From assembly GCF_009914755.1 (NCBI RefSeq), contig NC_060945.1: 64,000 nt of DNA. One strand, 5' to 3'. Positions 12,601 through 25,875 of this stretch are shown here, piece by piece. Position 1 is the stretch's first letter. Each line of letters begins with the position of its first letter. Below the pieces are notes generated by a model. It searched no databases and was not told where the DNA came from. It saw only the letters and a program-made list of their open reading frames with translations. A program made the translations under genes and the position numbers. Origin of the DNA: the human T2T-CHM13v2.0 reference genome, Homo sapiens.

Positions 12601-15400
12601 TCCTGGAAACATACAACCCTCCTAAATTAAACCAGAAAGATACAGAATCTCTGAACAGACCAGTAAAAAGCAGTGAGATTGAAATGGTAACCAAAAAAAT
12701 GCCAACAACAAAAAAAATAGTACCAGATGGATTCACAGCTGAATTCTATCAACATTCAAAGAAGAATTGGTACCAATCCTATGGAAACCATTTCAAAAGA
12801 TAAAGAAAGAGGGAATCCTCCCTAAATCATTCTATGAAGCCAGTATCACCTTAATACCAAAACCAGAAAAGAACATAACAAAAAAAGAAGACTACAGACC
12901 AATATCCCTGATGAATATAGAGGTAAAAATCCTCAACAAAATACTAGTGAAACAAATCCAACAGCATATCAAAAAGATAATTCACCATGATCAAGTGGGT
13001 TTCAACAGGGATGCAAGGATAGTTTAACATCTGCAAGGCAATAAATGTGATACACTACATAAACAGAATTAAAAACAAAAATTACATAATCATCTCAATA
13101 GATGCAGGAAAGCATTTGACAAAATCCAACACCACTTTTGATTAAAGCCCTCAGCAAAATTGGCATACATGGGACACACCTTAAGGTAATAAAAGCTAGT
13201 AATATCTATGACAAACTCACAGCCAATGTTATATTGAATGGGGAAAAGTTGAAAGCATTTTCTGTGAGAACTGGAACAAGACAAGGGTGCCCACTTTCAC
13301 CACTTCTATTAACATACTATTGGAAGTCCTAGCCAGAACAATCAGACAAAGAGAAAGAAATAAAGGGCATCCAAATCAGTAAAGATGAAGTCAAACTGTT
13401 GCTGTTTGCAGATGATATGATCATATACCTAGAAAACCCTAAAGACTCATGCAAAAAGCTCCTAGTACTGAATAATGAATTCAGCAAAGTTTCAGGATAC
13501 AAAATCAAGGTACACAAATCAGTAGGTCTGCTACACCAACAGCGACAAGATGAGAATCAAATCAAGAACTCAACCCCTTTCACAACAGCTGCAAAAAATA
13601 TATATATATTTAGGAATATACCTAACCAAGGAGGTGAAAGACCACTACAAGGAAAACTACAAAATACTGCTGAAAGAAATCATAGATGACATAAACAAAT
13701 GGAAACATATCCCATGCTCATGGATGGGTAGAATCAATATTGTGAAAATGACCATACTGCCAAAATCAATCTAGAAATTCAGCGCAATTCCCATCAAAAT
13801 ACCACCATCATTCTTCACAGAACTAGGAAAAACAATTCTAGAAGTCATATGGAACCAAAAAAGAGCCCATATATCCAAAGCAAGACTAAGCAAAAAGAAC
13901 AAATCTGTAGGCATCACATTACCTGACTTCAGGCAATACTATAAGACCATAGTCACCAAAATAGCATGGTACTGGTATAAAAATAGGCACACAGACCAAC
14001 GGAAAAGAATAGAAAACCCAGAAATAAACCCAAATACTTAGCGCCAACTGATCTTCAACAAAGCAAACAAAAACTTAAAGTGGGGAAAGGACAACCTATT
14101 CAACAAATGGTGTTGGGATAATCGGCAAGCCACATGTAGAAGATTGAAACTGGATCCTCATCTCTCACCTTATACAAAAATCAATTCAAAATGGATCAAA
14201 CACTTAAATCTAAGACCTGAAACCATAAAGATTCTAGAAGATAACATTGGAAGAACCCCTCTATACATTGTCTTAGGCAAAGACTTCATGACTTAGAATC
14301 CAAAAGCAGATGCAACAAAAATAAAGATAAATAAATAGGACTTAAACTAAAAAGCTTCTGCACAGCAAAAGAAATAATCAGCAGAGTTAACAGAAAACCC
14401 ACAGAGTGAGAGAAAACCTTCGCAATCTATACATCCAACAAAGGACTAATATCCGGAATCTACAAAGAACTGAAACAAATCAGCAAGATAAAAAGAAGCA
14501 ATCCCATCAAAAAGTGGGCTAAGGACATGAATAGACAATTGTCAAAACAAGATATACAAATGGCCAACAAACACATGGAAAAATGCTCAACATCACTAAT
14601 GATCAGGGAGATGCAAATCAAAACTGCAGTGTAATACCACCTCACTCCTACAAGAATGGCCATAATCAAAATAGATGCTGGCACAGATATAGCTAAAACG
14701 GAACACTTTTACATTGTTGGTGGGAATGTAAACTAGTACAACCACTATGGGAAACAGTGTGGAAATTCTTTAAAGAACTAAAAGTAGATCTACTGTTTGA
14801 TCCAGCAATTCCACTACTAGGTATCTAGCCAGAGGAAAAGAAGTCATTATACAAAAAAAGATACTTGCACACACATATTTATAGCAGCACATTTTGAAAT
14901 GGCAAAAAATATGAAAATAGCCCAAAAGCCCATCAATCAATGAGTAGATAAAAAAAATTGTGTGTGTGTGTGTATATATATACATATATATATAAAGAAA
15001 TTGTGTGTGTATGTATATATATATATATACACCATGGACTACTACTAAGCCACAAAAAGGAACAAAATAATGGTATTAGCAGCAACTTGGATGGAATTGG
15101 AGACTTATTCTAAGTGAACAAACTCAGGAATGGAAAACCTAACATTGTATTTTCTCACTCATATGTGGAAGCTAAGCTATGAGTGCACAAAGACATGAGA
15201 ATAATAGACTGGACTTTGGAGACTCAGGGGTAAGGGTGGGAATGGCAAAAGATAAAAGACTGCATATTGGGTACAGTGTACACTGCTCGGGTGATGGGTG
15301 CACCCAAATCTCAGAAATCACCACTAAAGAACTTATCCATGTAACCAAACACTACCTATTCCCCAAAACCCTGTTGGAATAAAAAATAAATAAATAAAAA
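9680..15400 (+). mobile_element. Near full-length L1PB1-like LINE-1, decayed, with an internal endonuclease-domain deletion
   Basis: 5' end ggggattaagatggcag (YY1-type) after tttt|aaaa; ORF1 remnant from about 10753; ORF2 fragments including [13 protein letters not shown]; 3' UTR gggtacagtgtacactgctcgggtgatgggtgcac...gaaatcaccactaaagaactt; A-rich tail; degenerate TSD aaaaggaaagtt / aaaagggaaaaatt. Confidence 0.95.
14950..15030. repeat. Duplicated (TG)n(TA)n microsatellite inside the L1
   Basis: Two consecutive units of aaattg(tg)n(ta)n. Confidence 0.85.
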
Positions 15401-15489
15401 GGGAAAAATTAATATGACTTATAGCACACAACTGAAGTAAAAATATGAGTTTTATCCTTAAGCACAGAACAGTAATAGGAAATTTAGGC

Positions 15490-15680
15490 CTGTATTGAAT
15501 CCATACTGGTGACTTATTTGTTCCGTATTATTAAACAAGCTGTTAAACTCTCTGAAAATCCATTATTATTTTCCTCTGTACAATAAAAAAAAATTACCTC
15601 TACCTTGAAGAGTTGTGAAAATTTGGAAGAATGTATACAAATGACTAGAGGCACTACCAGGCACATAGAATGCACTCTTT
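15490..15680 (+). mobile_element. MIR SINE remnant
   Basis: aacaagctgttaaactctctg...ttcctctgtacaat...gagttgtgaaaattt...ggcacatagaatgcactc. Confidence 0.55.
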
Positions 15681-16390
15681 ATATTTACTTCCTTCCCTCC
15701 CTACTTCCCATTCTGTTACTAGTACACTATGAAGTTTTTAACCAATCACTTTTGGGGTCTCAGTTTTACCTCTATAAACAAGCAAGGCCAAGCTATTTTG
15801 ACAATTTATAGTCCCAATGTTATGACACATTGTTAGGTCATGAGTAAGTGGGCAATGTGTCACAAGTAGTCCAACCTAATATTAATAATAATTAAATTAC
15901 CAAAATTTACAAATAAGTTTCTTTTAAAATGTACAATTATAACATCAAAATAAGTCATTAGTACTTCCACTTGCTTTTGAGATGGAGCATATGAAGTAGT
16001 TTCGGATGATAAAGATGGAATTGCTCTAATGCATAGGCTACTTTGTCTCACATAATAGCATTGATGTACCCTTAATAGTTGGATGATTATAAGTTACAGC
16101 TCTCATATATTATACTTTTCTTAACTGAATATTTCTTACTTATTTTATTTATGTATATGTTTCTAAAAGGAAAAAGATAACACCAATTTTTTTTAAGTCT
16201 GTAGTTCTATACACTTTACTTCCCTGCAAAACCCTTTGTCATTTCTCAAATCAGAGTGTGCTGATGAGAGTGTCTGAAGCAAACCATGATCATCCTTAGC
16301 GCTTGTCTCAGTGAAGACAATGTTGGAAACCACTGAATTTCATCACTAAGGATTTTTTCTTTTAGTGTTGGTATCGTTTGATGTCTTTCT

Positions 16391-16675
16391 ATTTATTTTT
16401 ATTTTTTATTTTAGATATAGGGAGTGCACAGTCTTGTTTGTTACATGTATTACATGTGTAATGGTGGGGATTGGGTTTCTAGTCTACCTATAATCCAAAT
16501 ATTGAACATCATTATACCTAATAGGTAATTTTCAACCCTCACTCCTCCCTACCTTCCCCGCTTTCAGAGTTTTCAGTGTCTATTATCTCCACCTTTACAT
16601 TTATGTGTACTCACTGTTTAGCTCCCACTTGTAAGTGAGAACATGTGATATTTGATCTTGTGCTTCTAAGTTAGT
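16391..16675 (-). mobile_element. 5'-truncated L1 3' end (L1PA16/17-like)
   Basis: T-rich tail at left; tgtttagctcccacttgtaagtgagaacatg; aataggtaattttcaaccctcac. Confidence 0.85.
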
Positions 16676-17195
16676 CTCAGGATCTTTTTATCTGCAAACC
16701 ATCTATGTTATCCCCCAACAAGTCTAGACATGCAAACATGTTTGCAAGTAAATGCTCTTTGATAAAAGAAACCCTTTAAGAAATTCTTGGGAAAACTTTG
16801 TAATAACTGTAAACATTTCAAAGTATTATGCCATAATTTTGGTGTATTATAGGAGCAATAGAAAAAAAAGGATTCTTTAGTTAAAATGGCAAAACCCACT
16901 TTAGAAAGAACATGTCTAAAACATGATGTAACTCAGAAAAAGAATTATTGGATCTTAAACAAAGAAAAGGATTATCAAAGCATTTGACTAGATTGTACAG
17001 TACCTCTGATTATCTGCCGATTCACAACCCTTTAATATCTTATATTTATTCCAATATGGAAAATATAGTGCACCTGGTAAAATTAGGCAATATTTAAATT
17101 CCATGCTCAACCTATTTAAAATATCAACTCAAAAATATTATAGCACATATCTTGGAAGGCAAAATATGACTATTTTATCTTTTGGGAATATACAC

Positions 17196-17232
17196 TGTAT
17201 CAGCTGCCTAGGTTTGCAAAACAAATTATGAC
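17196..17232 (-). mobile_element. Terminal piece of an MLT1C LTR, separated from the rest by the L1MA3 insertion
   Basis: tgtatcagctgcctaggtttgcaaaacaaattatgacaa resembles the reverse complement of the MLT1 LTR end and continues at about 21397 (aattagttgcttaaagcaccagaaatt). Confidence 0.65.
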
Positions 17233-17685
17233 AATGAACAATGAATCAAAACAATGAATATCACAATGAATCAAAGAAATGAAAATGGAAATATGATATA
17301 CAAACACCTATGAGGTACAGCAAAAGCAGTATGATTTGGAAAGTATATTGCATACACATCTACACCTAAAAAGTAGAAAAACTTGAAATAAACAACCAAA
17401 TGATGCATCTTAAAGAACTAGGAAAGGAAAAGCAAACCAAACCTAAAATGAGTAGAAGAAAAAAAAATAAAGATCAGAGCAGAAATAATATTGAAATGGA
17501 GAAAACAATATAAAATGTTAACAAAACAAAAAGTTGATTTTTTTAAGAGATAAACAAAATTGATATACCTTTAGCCAGACTTATTAAGGAAAAAAAGACC
17601 AAAATAAATAAAATCAGAGATTAAAAGGGACACATTACAATGGATACCATGGAAATTCAAAGGATCACTAGAGGCTATAATGAGC

Positions 17686-17688
<3 letters not shown>

Positions 17689-17724
<36 letters not shown>

Positions 17725-17854
17725 TATTTTGTCTTTTGGGAATATACACTGTATCAGTTCCCTAGGGTTGCAAAACAAATTATCACAATGAACAGTGAAT
17801 CAAAAAGATGAATATCACAATGAATCAAACAAGTGAAAATATATATATATATAT
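17689..17854. repeat. (TA)n tract interrupted by a 120-bp copy (17721-17840) of 17167-17286
   Basis: Manual alignment: 120 nt, ungapped, 11 mismatches. Confidence 0.92.
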
Positions 17855-19969
17855 CAATACATTGAAAAGCCTAGAAAAAGCAGATAAATTTCTAGCCACA
17901 TTTAACCTACCAAGACTGAACCATTAAGAAATCTAAAACCTGAAAAGAACAATAACAAGTAATGAGATCAAAGCCACAATAAGACTTCCAGTAAAGAAAA
18001 GCCCAGGAATTGATGACTTCACTGCTGAATTTTACCAAACATTTAAGGAAAAGCAAATGCCGATCCTACACAAACTGTTCCAAAAAATAGAGGAGCATGG
18101 ATACCTCCAAACTCATTCTGCAATGCCAGCATTACCCTGATACCAAAACCAAAGACTCATCAAGAAAAGAAAACTATACATCAATATCACTGATGAACAT
18201 AGGCGCAAAAATCCTCAACAGCATACTAGCAAACCAAGTTCTGCAACATGTTTAAAAGATTATTTATTATGACCAAGGGGGATTTATTCCAAGGATGCAA
18301 GGATGATTCAACACACCCAAGTCAATTAGTATAATACATAATATCAACGGACTAAAGGACAAAAACCATGTAATCCTTTCAATTGATGCATAAAAACATT
18401 TGACAAAACTCAACATCTCTTCGTGATTAAAACAATTAAAAAACTGGATACAGAAGAAACATAACTCAAAAAAAATAAAAGCCATATACAACAGACCCAC
18501 AGCTAGTATCATACTGAATGAGGAAAAACTGATGGCTTTTCATCTAAGATCTGGAACAAGACAAGAATGCCTACGTTCACCACTATTATTCAACATAATA
18601 TTGGAAGTCCTAGCTAGAGCAATCAGACAAGAGAAAAAAATAAAGGGCACCCAACTGGGAAAGAAGAAGTCAGATTATCTTTGTTTGCAGATGTTATGAC
18701 CTTATATTTGGAAAAACCTAAGGACTCCAGAAAAAATATATTAGAATCAATAAATTCAGTAATATTTCAGGTTACAAAATTAACATACAAAAAATCAGTA
18801 GCATTTCCATATGCTAGCAGTGAACAATCTGAAAAGGATATCAAGAAAGTAATCCAATTATAATAGCTATAAGTAAAATTAAATACCTACTAATAAACTT
18901 AAGCGAAAAAAGTAAAAGTTCTCTACAATGAAAACTATAAAACATTGATTAAAGAAATTGAAGAGGACACAAAATAATAGAAAGATATTGCACGTTCATG
19001 AATTAGAAGACTCAATATTGTTAAAATGTTCATACTATCCAAAGCAATCTACAGATTCAATGCAATCCCTCAAAATACCAGTAACATCCTTCACAGCAAT
19101 AGAGAAGAAAAAAATTCCAAAATTTATATGGAACCACGAAAATCAAGAACAGCCAAAGCTATCCTAAGCAAAAAGAACAAAACTGGAGGAATCACATCAC
19201 CTGACTTCAAATTACACCACAGAGCTATAGTAACCAAAACAGTATGGTACTGGCATTAAAGCAGACACATAGACCAATGGAAAAGAATAGAGAACCCAGA
19301 AATGAATTTATATATCTACAGTGGACTCATTTTCAACAAAGGTGTCAAGAACATACTTTGGGGAATGACAGTCTCTTCAATCAATGCTGCTGGGAAAACT
19401 GGATATCCATATACAGCACAATGAATCTCGACCCCTATCTCTCATCATACACAAAAATCAAATAAAAATGGGTTAAAAATTTAAATCTAAAGAAACTAGT
19501 AAAAGACTTCAATCTTATACTTGCAAACTGCTATAAGAAGCATGAGGAAAACTCTTCAGGACATTGGTCTGAGCAAAGTTTTCTTGAGTAATACCATACA
19601 AGCACAGGAAACCAAAGCAAAAATGAACGAATGGGATTACATCAAGTTGGAAAAGCTTCTGAACAGCTACAGAAACAATCAACAAAGTGAGAAGACACTC
19701 CACAGAATGGGAGAAAATATTTGTAAACTACCCATCTGACAAGGGATTCATAACCAGAATATATAAGGAGCTCAAACGACTCAATAGTAAAAAACCTAAT
19801 ACGCTGATTTTTAAATTGGCAAAAGATCTGAATAGACATGTTTCAAAAGATAACACACAAATGGCAAACAGGTATATGAAAAGGTGTTCAGCATCATTGA
19901 TCATCAGATAAAAGGAAATCAAAGCTATAATGAGATATCTTCTCACTCCAGTTAAAATGGCTCTCATCC

Positions 19970-20530
19970 AGAACCACCACTCAATCCAGCAATCTCATTG
20001 CTGGATATATAGAGGAAAATAAATCTTTCTACCATAAAGACATATGCACACAAATGTCCATTGCAGCACTATTCACAATAGCAAAGACATGGAATCAACA
20101 TGAATGCCCATCAATGACAGATTGGATAAGGAAAATGTGGTACATATACACCATGGAATACTATGCAGCCATAAAAAAATGAGATGATGTCATTTGTGTG
20201 AACATGGAAAAAGCTGGACGTTATTATTATTAGAAAACTAACACAGGAACAGAAAACTGAATGCCACATGTTCTCACTTATAAGTGGAAGCTAAATGATA
20301 AGAACTTATGAATACAAAGGAAAAACAACAGACACTGGGGCCTACTTGAGGGGGAGAGGGAAAGGAAAGAGAGGAGCAAAAAAGATAACTATTAGGTACT
20401 TGGCTTAATACTTGGGTAATGAAATAATATGTACAGCAAACCTCTGTGACATGTGTTTACCTATATAAAAAACCTTCACGTGTACCCCCAAACCTAAAAA
20501 AAAAGGTAAATAAATATACAAATAAATAAA
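19970..20530 (+). mobile_element. L1PA15-like 3' fragment nested in the L1MA3
   Basis: Host breaks after aaaatggctctcatcc and resumes at acttttatcaaaatacaggcaac (decayed TSD); insert has its own 3' UTR (aacagacactggggcctacttgagg...cttcacgtgtacccccaaacctaaaa) and tail. Confidence 0.9.
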
Positions 20531-21396
20531 TTTACTTTTATCAAAATACAGGCAACGACAAATGCTGGCAAGGATGTGAAGGAAAGGGAACCCTCATACA
20601 CTGTTGATGGGAATGTAAATTAATAATACAACCACTATAAAGGATGGTTTAAAGTTTCCTCAAAAAACTAAAAATACAACTACTATCTGATCCAACAATC
20701 CCATTTCTAGGTATCTACCCAAAAGAAAGAAAATTAGTATATTGAAAAGATATCTCCACTCCCATGTTTATTGTAGCACTATTCACAATAGCCAAGGTTT
20801 GAAGCAACCTAAGTGTCCATCAACAGATGAATAGATAAAGAAAATGTGATACATATACATGATGAAGTACTATTCAGCCATAAAAAATAATGAACTCCTG
20901 TCATTTTCACTAACATGGATGGAACTAGAGGTCATTATGTTAAGTGAAATAAGCCAGGCACATAAAGACAAACTTTGCATGTTCTCACTTATTAATGTGA
21001 GTTAAAAATTAAGACGATGGAACTCATGAAGATAGAGAGTAGAAATATGGTTACCAGAGGTTAGGAAGGGCAGGAGGGGAGTGGGGCAAAAGTGGGGATG
21101 GTTAATAGGTATGAAAATATAGTTAGATACACTGAATAATATCTAGTATTTGATAGCACAACAGGGTGACTACAGTCATCAATAACTTATTGTACATTTC
21201 AAAATAACTAAAAGAGTATAATTGGATTGTTTGTTACATAAGGAAAGGATAAATGCTTCCAGTGATTTATACCCCATTTACCCTCATGTGATTATTATGT
21301 ACAACATGCCTGTATCAAAATATCTCATGTACCCCATAAATATATGTACCTACTATGTACCCACAAAAAATATTTTAAAATAATAGAAAATTTTAA

Positions 21397-21832
21397 AATT
21401 AGTTGCTTAAAGCACCAGAAATTAATCATCTCACAGTTCTATAAATCAGAAATGATAGTTTTGGCAAAGTTAGTTACTTCTGGAGGCTCTGAAGGAAAAT
21501 CTGTTTCATGTCTCTCTCCTAGCTTCTGGTGACTATCAAAGTAATTGGCCATTTCTTGACCTGTAGACACATTATTTCAATTGCTGCCTGTATCTTTACA
21601 TGGCCTTTCCCTCTGTGGGTTCTCTTTTGTATCTGTGTGTCTCAAACCTGCCTTCCTTTTCCCTCTTATAAGGGCACCAGTAACTGAATTTAAGGCCTAA
21701 TCCAGAATGATCTCATCCTAAGGTCCTTAGTTATGTCTGCAAAAACCCTATTTCCAAATAAGTTCACATTCACAAATACTAGAGATTAGGTATCATGCAT
21801 ATCTTTTTGAGGAACACCATTCAACCACTGTA
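21397..21832 (-). mobile_element. MLT1C-like MaLR 3' LTR (main part)
   Basis: ttctggaggctctgaaggaaaatctgtttcatgtctctctcctagcttctggtg; ctgcaaaaaccctatttccaaataagttcacattcac; ends caccattcaaccactgta. Confidence 0.85.
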
Positions 21833-23198
21833 GCCTGCCCTCAGCCCCCTAAAATTTACATCTGTCCTAAATGGAAAATGGGGAATCACACCATTCCAGC
21901 ATCACTCAAAGTTTTCCAATTACAGCATCAACTCTAAATCCAAAATCTTATCTAAAAGTCATCTGCTCAAAAAGTCCCAAATCTAATATTTTAATTATCT
22001 AAATCAGGTATTGGCAAGACTCTCCATATGATCCATCTTGGGGGAAAATTCCTCACCATCTGTGGACCTATAAAACTATAAAACGAGTTGTCTGCTTCCA
22101 AAATACAAAGGTGGGATAAGCATAGAAAAAACATTCTCATTCCAAAGGAGAAAACTGGAAGAAATAAAGGGGTCGCTGGTCTCCAGTAAGTTTGAAGCCC
22201 TACAGGAAAAATTCTGTTAGGTTTCAAAACCTGAGAAAATTCTCCATAGCTCAAAGCTCTGTCCACTGGGCCCATGAAGGCTCTCCTCTCCGGACTTAAA
22301 CAGAACCCATCCTCTGCTCCCAGGAAGGCTCGTTGGCCACTGCCTCTGCATTCAAAATACTGCCCTCAGAATTATTACTCTTTTTTATTGTAAAGGGGCA
22401 CATATTTGCAGGCAAATTACTCTATTATCCTTTTTCTGCTTGTAGAATTTTGGGAGTTCAGAAACATTCTTTTATTTTATCCAATTCCTTTCAGCCAAAA
22501 CTGTTAGAATTTCTCTTGGTATAACATTCTCAAAAATGTTGTGAGTCTCCTTTGTAATTCATAGGGTTCCACATGATTAGACAAGAGGATACTCAACAGA
22601 TCCTTCCTTGAACACTTCATCTCTATTGCTGGATTCTCCTGAGACATTTTATTGGCTCCATAAGTCACACCCAATCTCTTCAGGAAAAGGTTGTCCAGCC
22701 ACACATTTGGCCCTGTCCCCAGAGAATGCTTTTCTAGCAGCAAATTTTCTAACTTTGGCATCCTTTACAATGTGAATAGACCAAGAACTGTCCAAATTAT
22801 CAAGTGCTCATTGCTTTTTTGCATGAGTTCCTTCTTCCATTTATCTTTTTCCTCTGGAATTGTACTATAAGCTGCAACTTCAACACTTTGCTTGGAAATT
22901 TCCTCAGCTAAATATCCAAGTTTATTGCTTACAAGTTCCCCTCTCTCCCAACAGTAGACCACAATTCAAACAAGTTTTCTGCCATTTTGTAATAAGAATC
23001 ACCTTTCTTCCAGTTTCCAATAAAATGCTCCTCATTTCTTCCTGAGATCTCACTAGAAATACCTTTAATATTCACATTTCTATCAACCATGTCTTCAAGG
23101 CAATTTAGGCTTTTTCTATTATACACCTAAAAATTCTTTCAGCCACTTGCACATTTTTAGGTATTTCTTACAGCAGATCCCACTCTCAGTACCAAATC
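21833..23198 (-). mobile_element. MLT1-type MaLR internal sequence
   Basis: Minus strand begins gatttggtactgagagtgggatctgctgtaagaaatacctaaaaatgtg (PBS region); decayed MaLR ORF fragments such as LGYLAEEISKQSVE and EEHFIGNWKKGDSYY. Confidence 0.85.
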
Positions 23199-23302
23199 TG
23201 TATCAGTCAGGATTCCATCAGAAAAACAGAACCAGTGGGATGTTCACGGTATGTGACACATCCCCATTATGAAGGGTAATCTTCTTTATGTAAAGTCAGT
23301 TG
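23199..23302 (-). mobile_element. Internally deleted MLT2-like (ERVL) LTR piece abutting the MaLR PBS
   Basis: tgtatcagtcaggattccatcagaaaaacagaaccagtgggat and cattatgaagggtaatcttctttatgtaaagtc resemble MLT2 rather than MLT1C. Confidence 0.6.
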
Positions 23303-23308
23303 TCTTCT

Positions 23309-23985
<677 letters not shown>

Positions 23986-25557
23986 AAGTAAGTTTTTTTT
24001 AATGTCCACATAAAGATTGGCCATATGAAAATAGTTTGTTATATAATAGATGCTCCCCAAAGTTCCAGATCTCCAGAAAAGAAATAAATGGCATATTGCA
24101 TGAGACTAATAAAATTTAAAACGGTCCAAAGAAAGATGGCAATTTAATAGATAGAAACCATAACAACAGGCACTGAGCTAGACACTTCCTTAATACTAAT
24201 ACACAAGATAAGAATTATTTCCATTTTATAAATGGGGAAGTCATGGTTCAGCTGTATGAAGTCAATCGCTACTAATAAAAGTCAACATTTAAATATGTGC
24301 TACTTGAAATCTACCCTATATCAAAGTCCATGCATTCTCCACTGCTCCCAGTGGCCTCTTTTAGAAATGCTCATAATGTTTATGAGAATGGACAGATAGT
24401 GCACGCAAAAGGAAATCTCTTCCTTGCACCCAGCTCAACCACAACACCAAATTGACTTTGTCATAGTCTAGCTAACTTTTTTTTTTACAAAATAATAACC
24501 CCATAGAACACACAGACAAAAACATACACACCATTCAAAAAGTTTATACAATAAAAAGTAAGTTTTATTGCCAACCCAGATACCTAATCTCATTCTTCAC
24601 AGGTAAGCTTCATCAATATTTCTTACATATCTTTTTAAAAAATTCCCAGGCCCATCTATTCTTCTACATCTTTTTAAAGACAAAAAGGAGTAATATATTT
24701 GACACTTTGTTCTGTACCTTGCTTTTGTTTCCTTTTTTCTTTCTTTTTTCTTGTAAATTAGGTATTTTCTCCTCAGCACATAGAGGATTACACCATTTAT
24801 TTTAATGGGTAGTTTATTTTATGTCTATACAATAATACATTTAACCAGTTCTCTGTCAGTGTGCTTTTAGGGTTTTCTTGCTTTTTGATGTTCCAACAAA
24901 GCTGAACTCAACTTTTTCACACATGTGGGTGTTGTTTTCTTTTGCTCTCCTTCTTATTCAGCCCAGCTGTTCATCTCTGAGAGTCACATGGCCCTTGGTG
25001 TTTGCTATCTACTGTTCTTGTGCAGTGCCGAAACTCCCTTGCAAAAGAAAAATCTCTAGGGAGATTCTTGCATTTGTTCTCTACAGAGCTTTAAGAGCAA
25101 TACGGGTAAGCAAGTGTCACAATTTAGATGTTATTGAAAACAGATCTTCATAGGTTAACTTCTAACCTTAAATATTATACAACGTTGTAATAAGAAACAT
25201 GGCAAGGAAATTTAAAAATGCTTGCCAAAGTTAAAAGAAACCAATCACATTTTTATTATACTTCCTAAAAATTCATTTAGCTCTATTTGGAAACCCCTAC
25301 CAGTCTGAAGAGTCATACATTATTTCCTTGCCCTTATGCACTTTTTCACTTGACAGGCAGAAACCTAGTTTTCATTTTATTAAATGAAAATGAATACTCA
25401 GCAATACCTATCGTTTTTATTTATATTTTTAGAATACCAAACATCAAATAACAACTTCTGATGACACTGAGGCATGATTAATCATTATTATAACTCTATT
25501 GTGTCATCTCTGCAAATACTTTTCATTTGTCTTTATTTGTAGCAGATGAGGACTGCT

Positions 25558-25559
<2 letters not shown>

Positions 25560-25598
<39 letters not shown>

Positions 25599-25875
25599 GA
25601 GTCTCACACTGTCTCCCAGGCTGGAGTGCAATGGCAGTGATCTCGGCTCACTGCAACCTCCGCCTCCCGGGTTCAAGCAATTCTCCTGCCTCAGCCTCCT
25701 GAGTAGCTGGGATTACAGGCACCTGCCACTACACCTGGCTAATTTTTTTGTATTTTTGGTAGAGAGAGGGTTTCACTATGTTGGCCAGGCTGATCTCGAA
25801 CTCCTGACCTTGTGATCCACTCACCTCAGCATCCTGAAGTGCTGGGATTACAGCCATGAGCCACCACACCCGGCC
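25560..25875 (-). mobile_element. AluS (Sg-like) with long pure tail and TSD
   Basis: About 36 T then a full antisense Alu with ctgaccttgtgatcc; TSD gatgaggactg at 25545-25555 and 25877-25887. Confidence 0.95.

Larger units (their letters stand above)
17270..21390 (+). mobile_element. 5'-truncated L1MA3-like LINE-1 (ORF2 plus 3' UTR)
   Basis: ORF2 remnants ([30 protein letters not shown]); 3' UTR ending gcctgtatcaaaatatctcatgtaccccataaatatatgtacctactatgtacccac. Confidence 0.93.

Noticed and set aside
12186-13774. Series of ORFs up to 205 aa
   Set aside because: Broken L1PB1 ORF2 frames and their antisense shadows
24165-24900. Probable MIR and antisense L1ME remnants
   Set aside because: Similarity too weak to set boundaries without an HMM search
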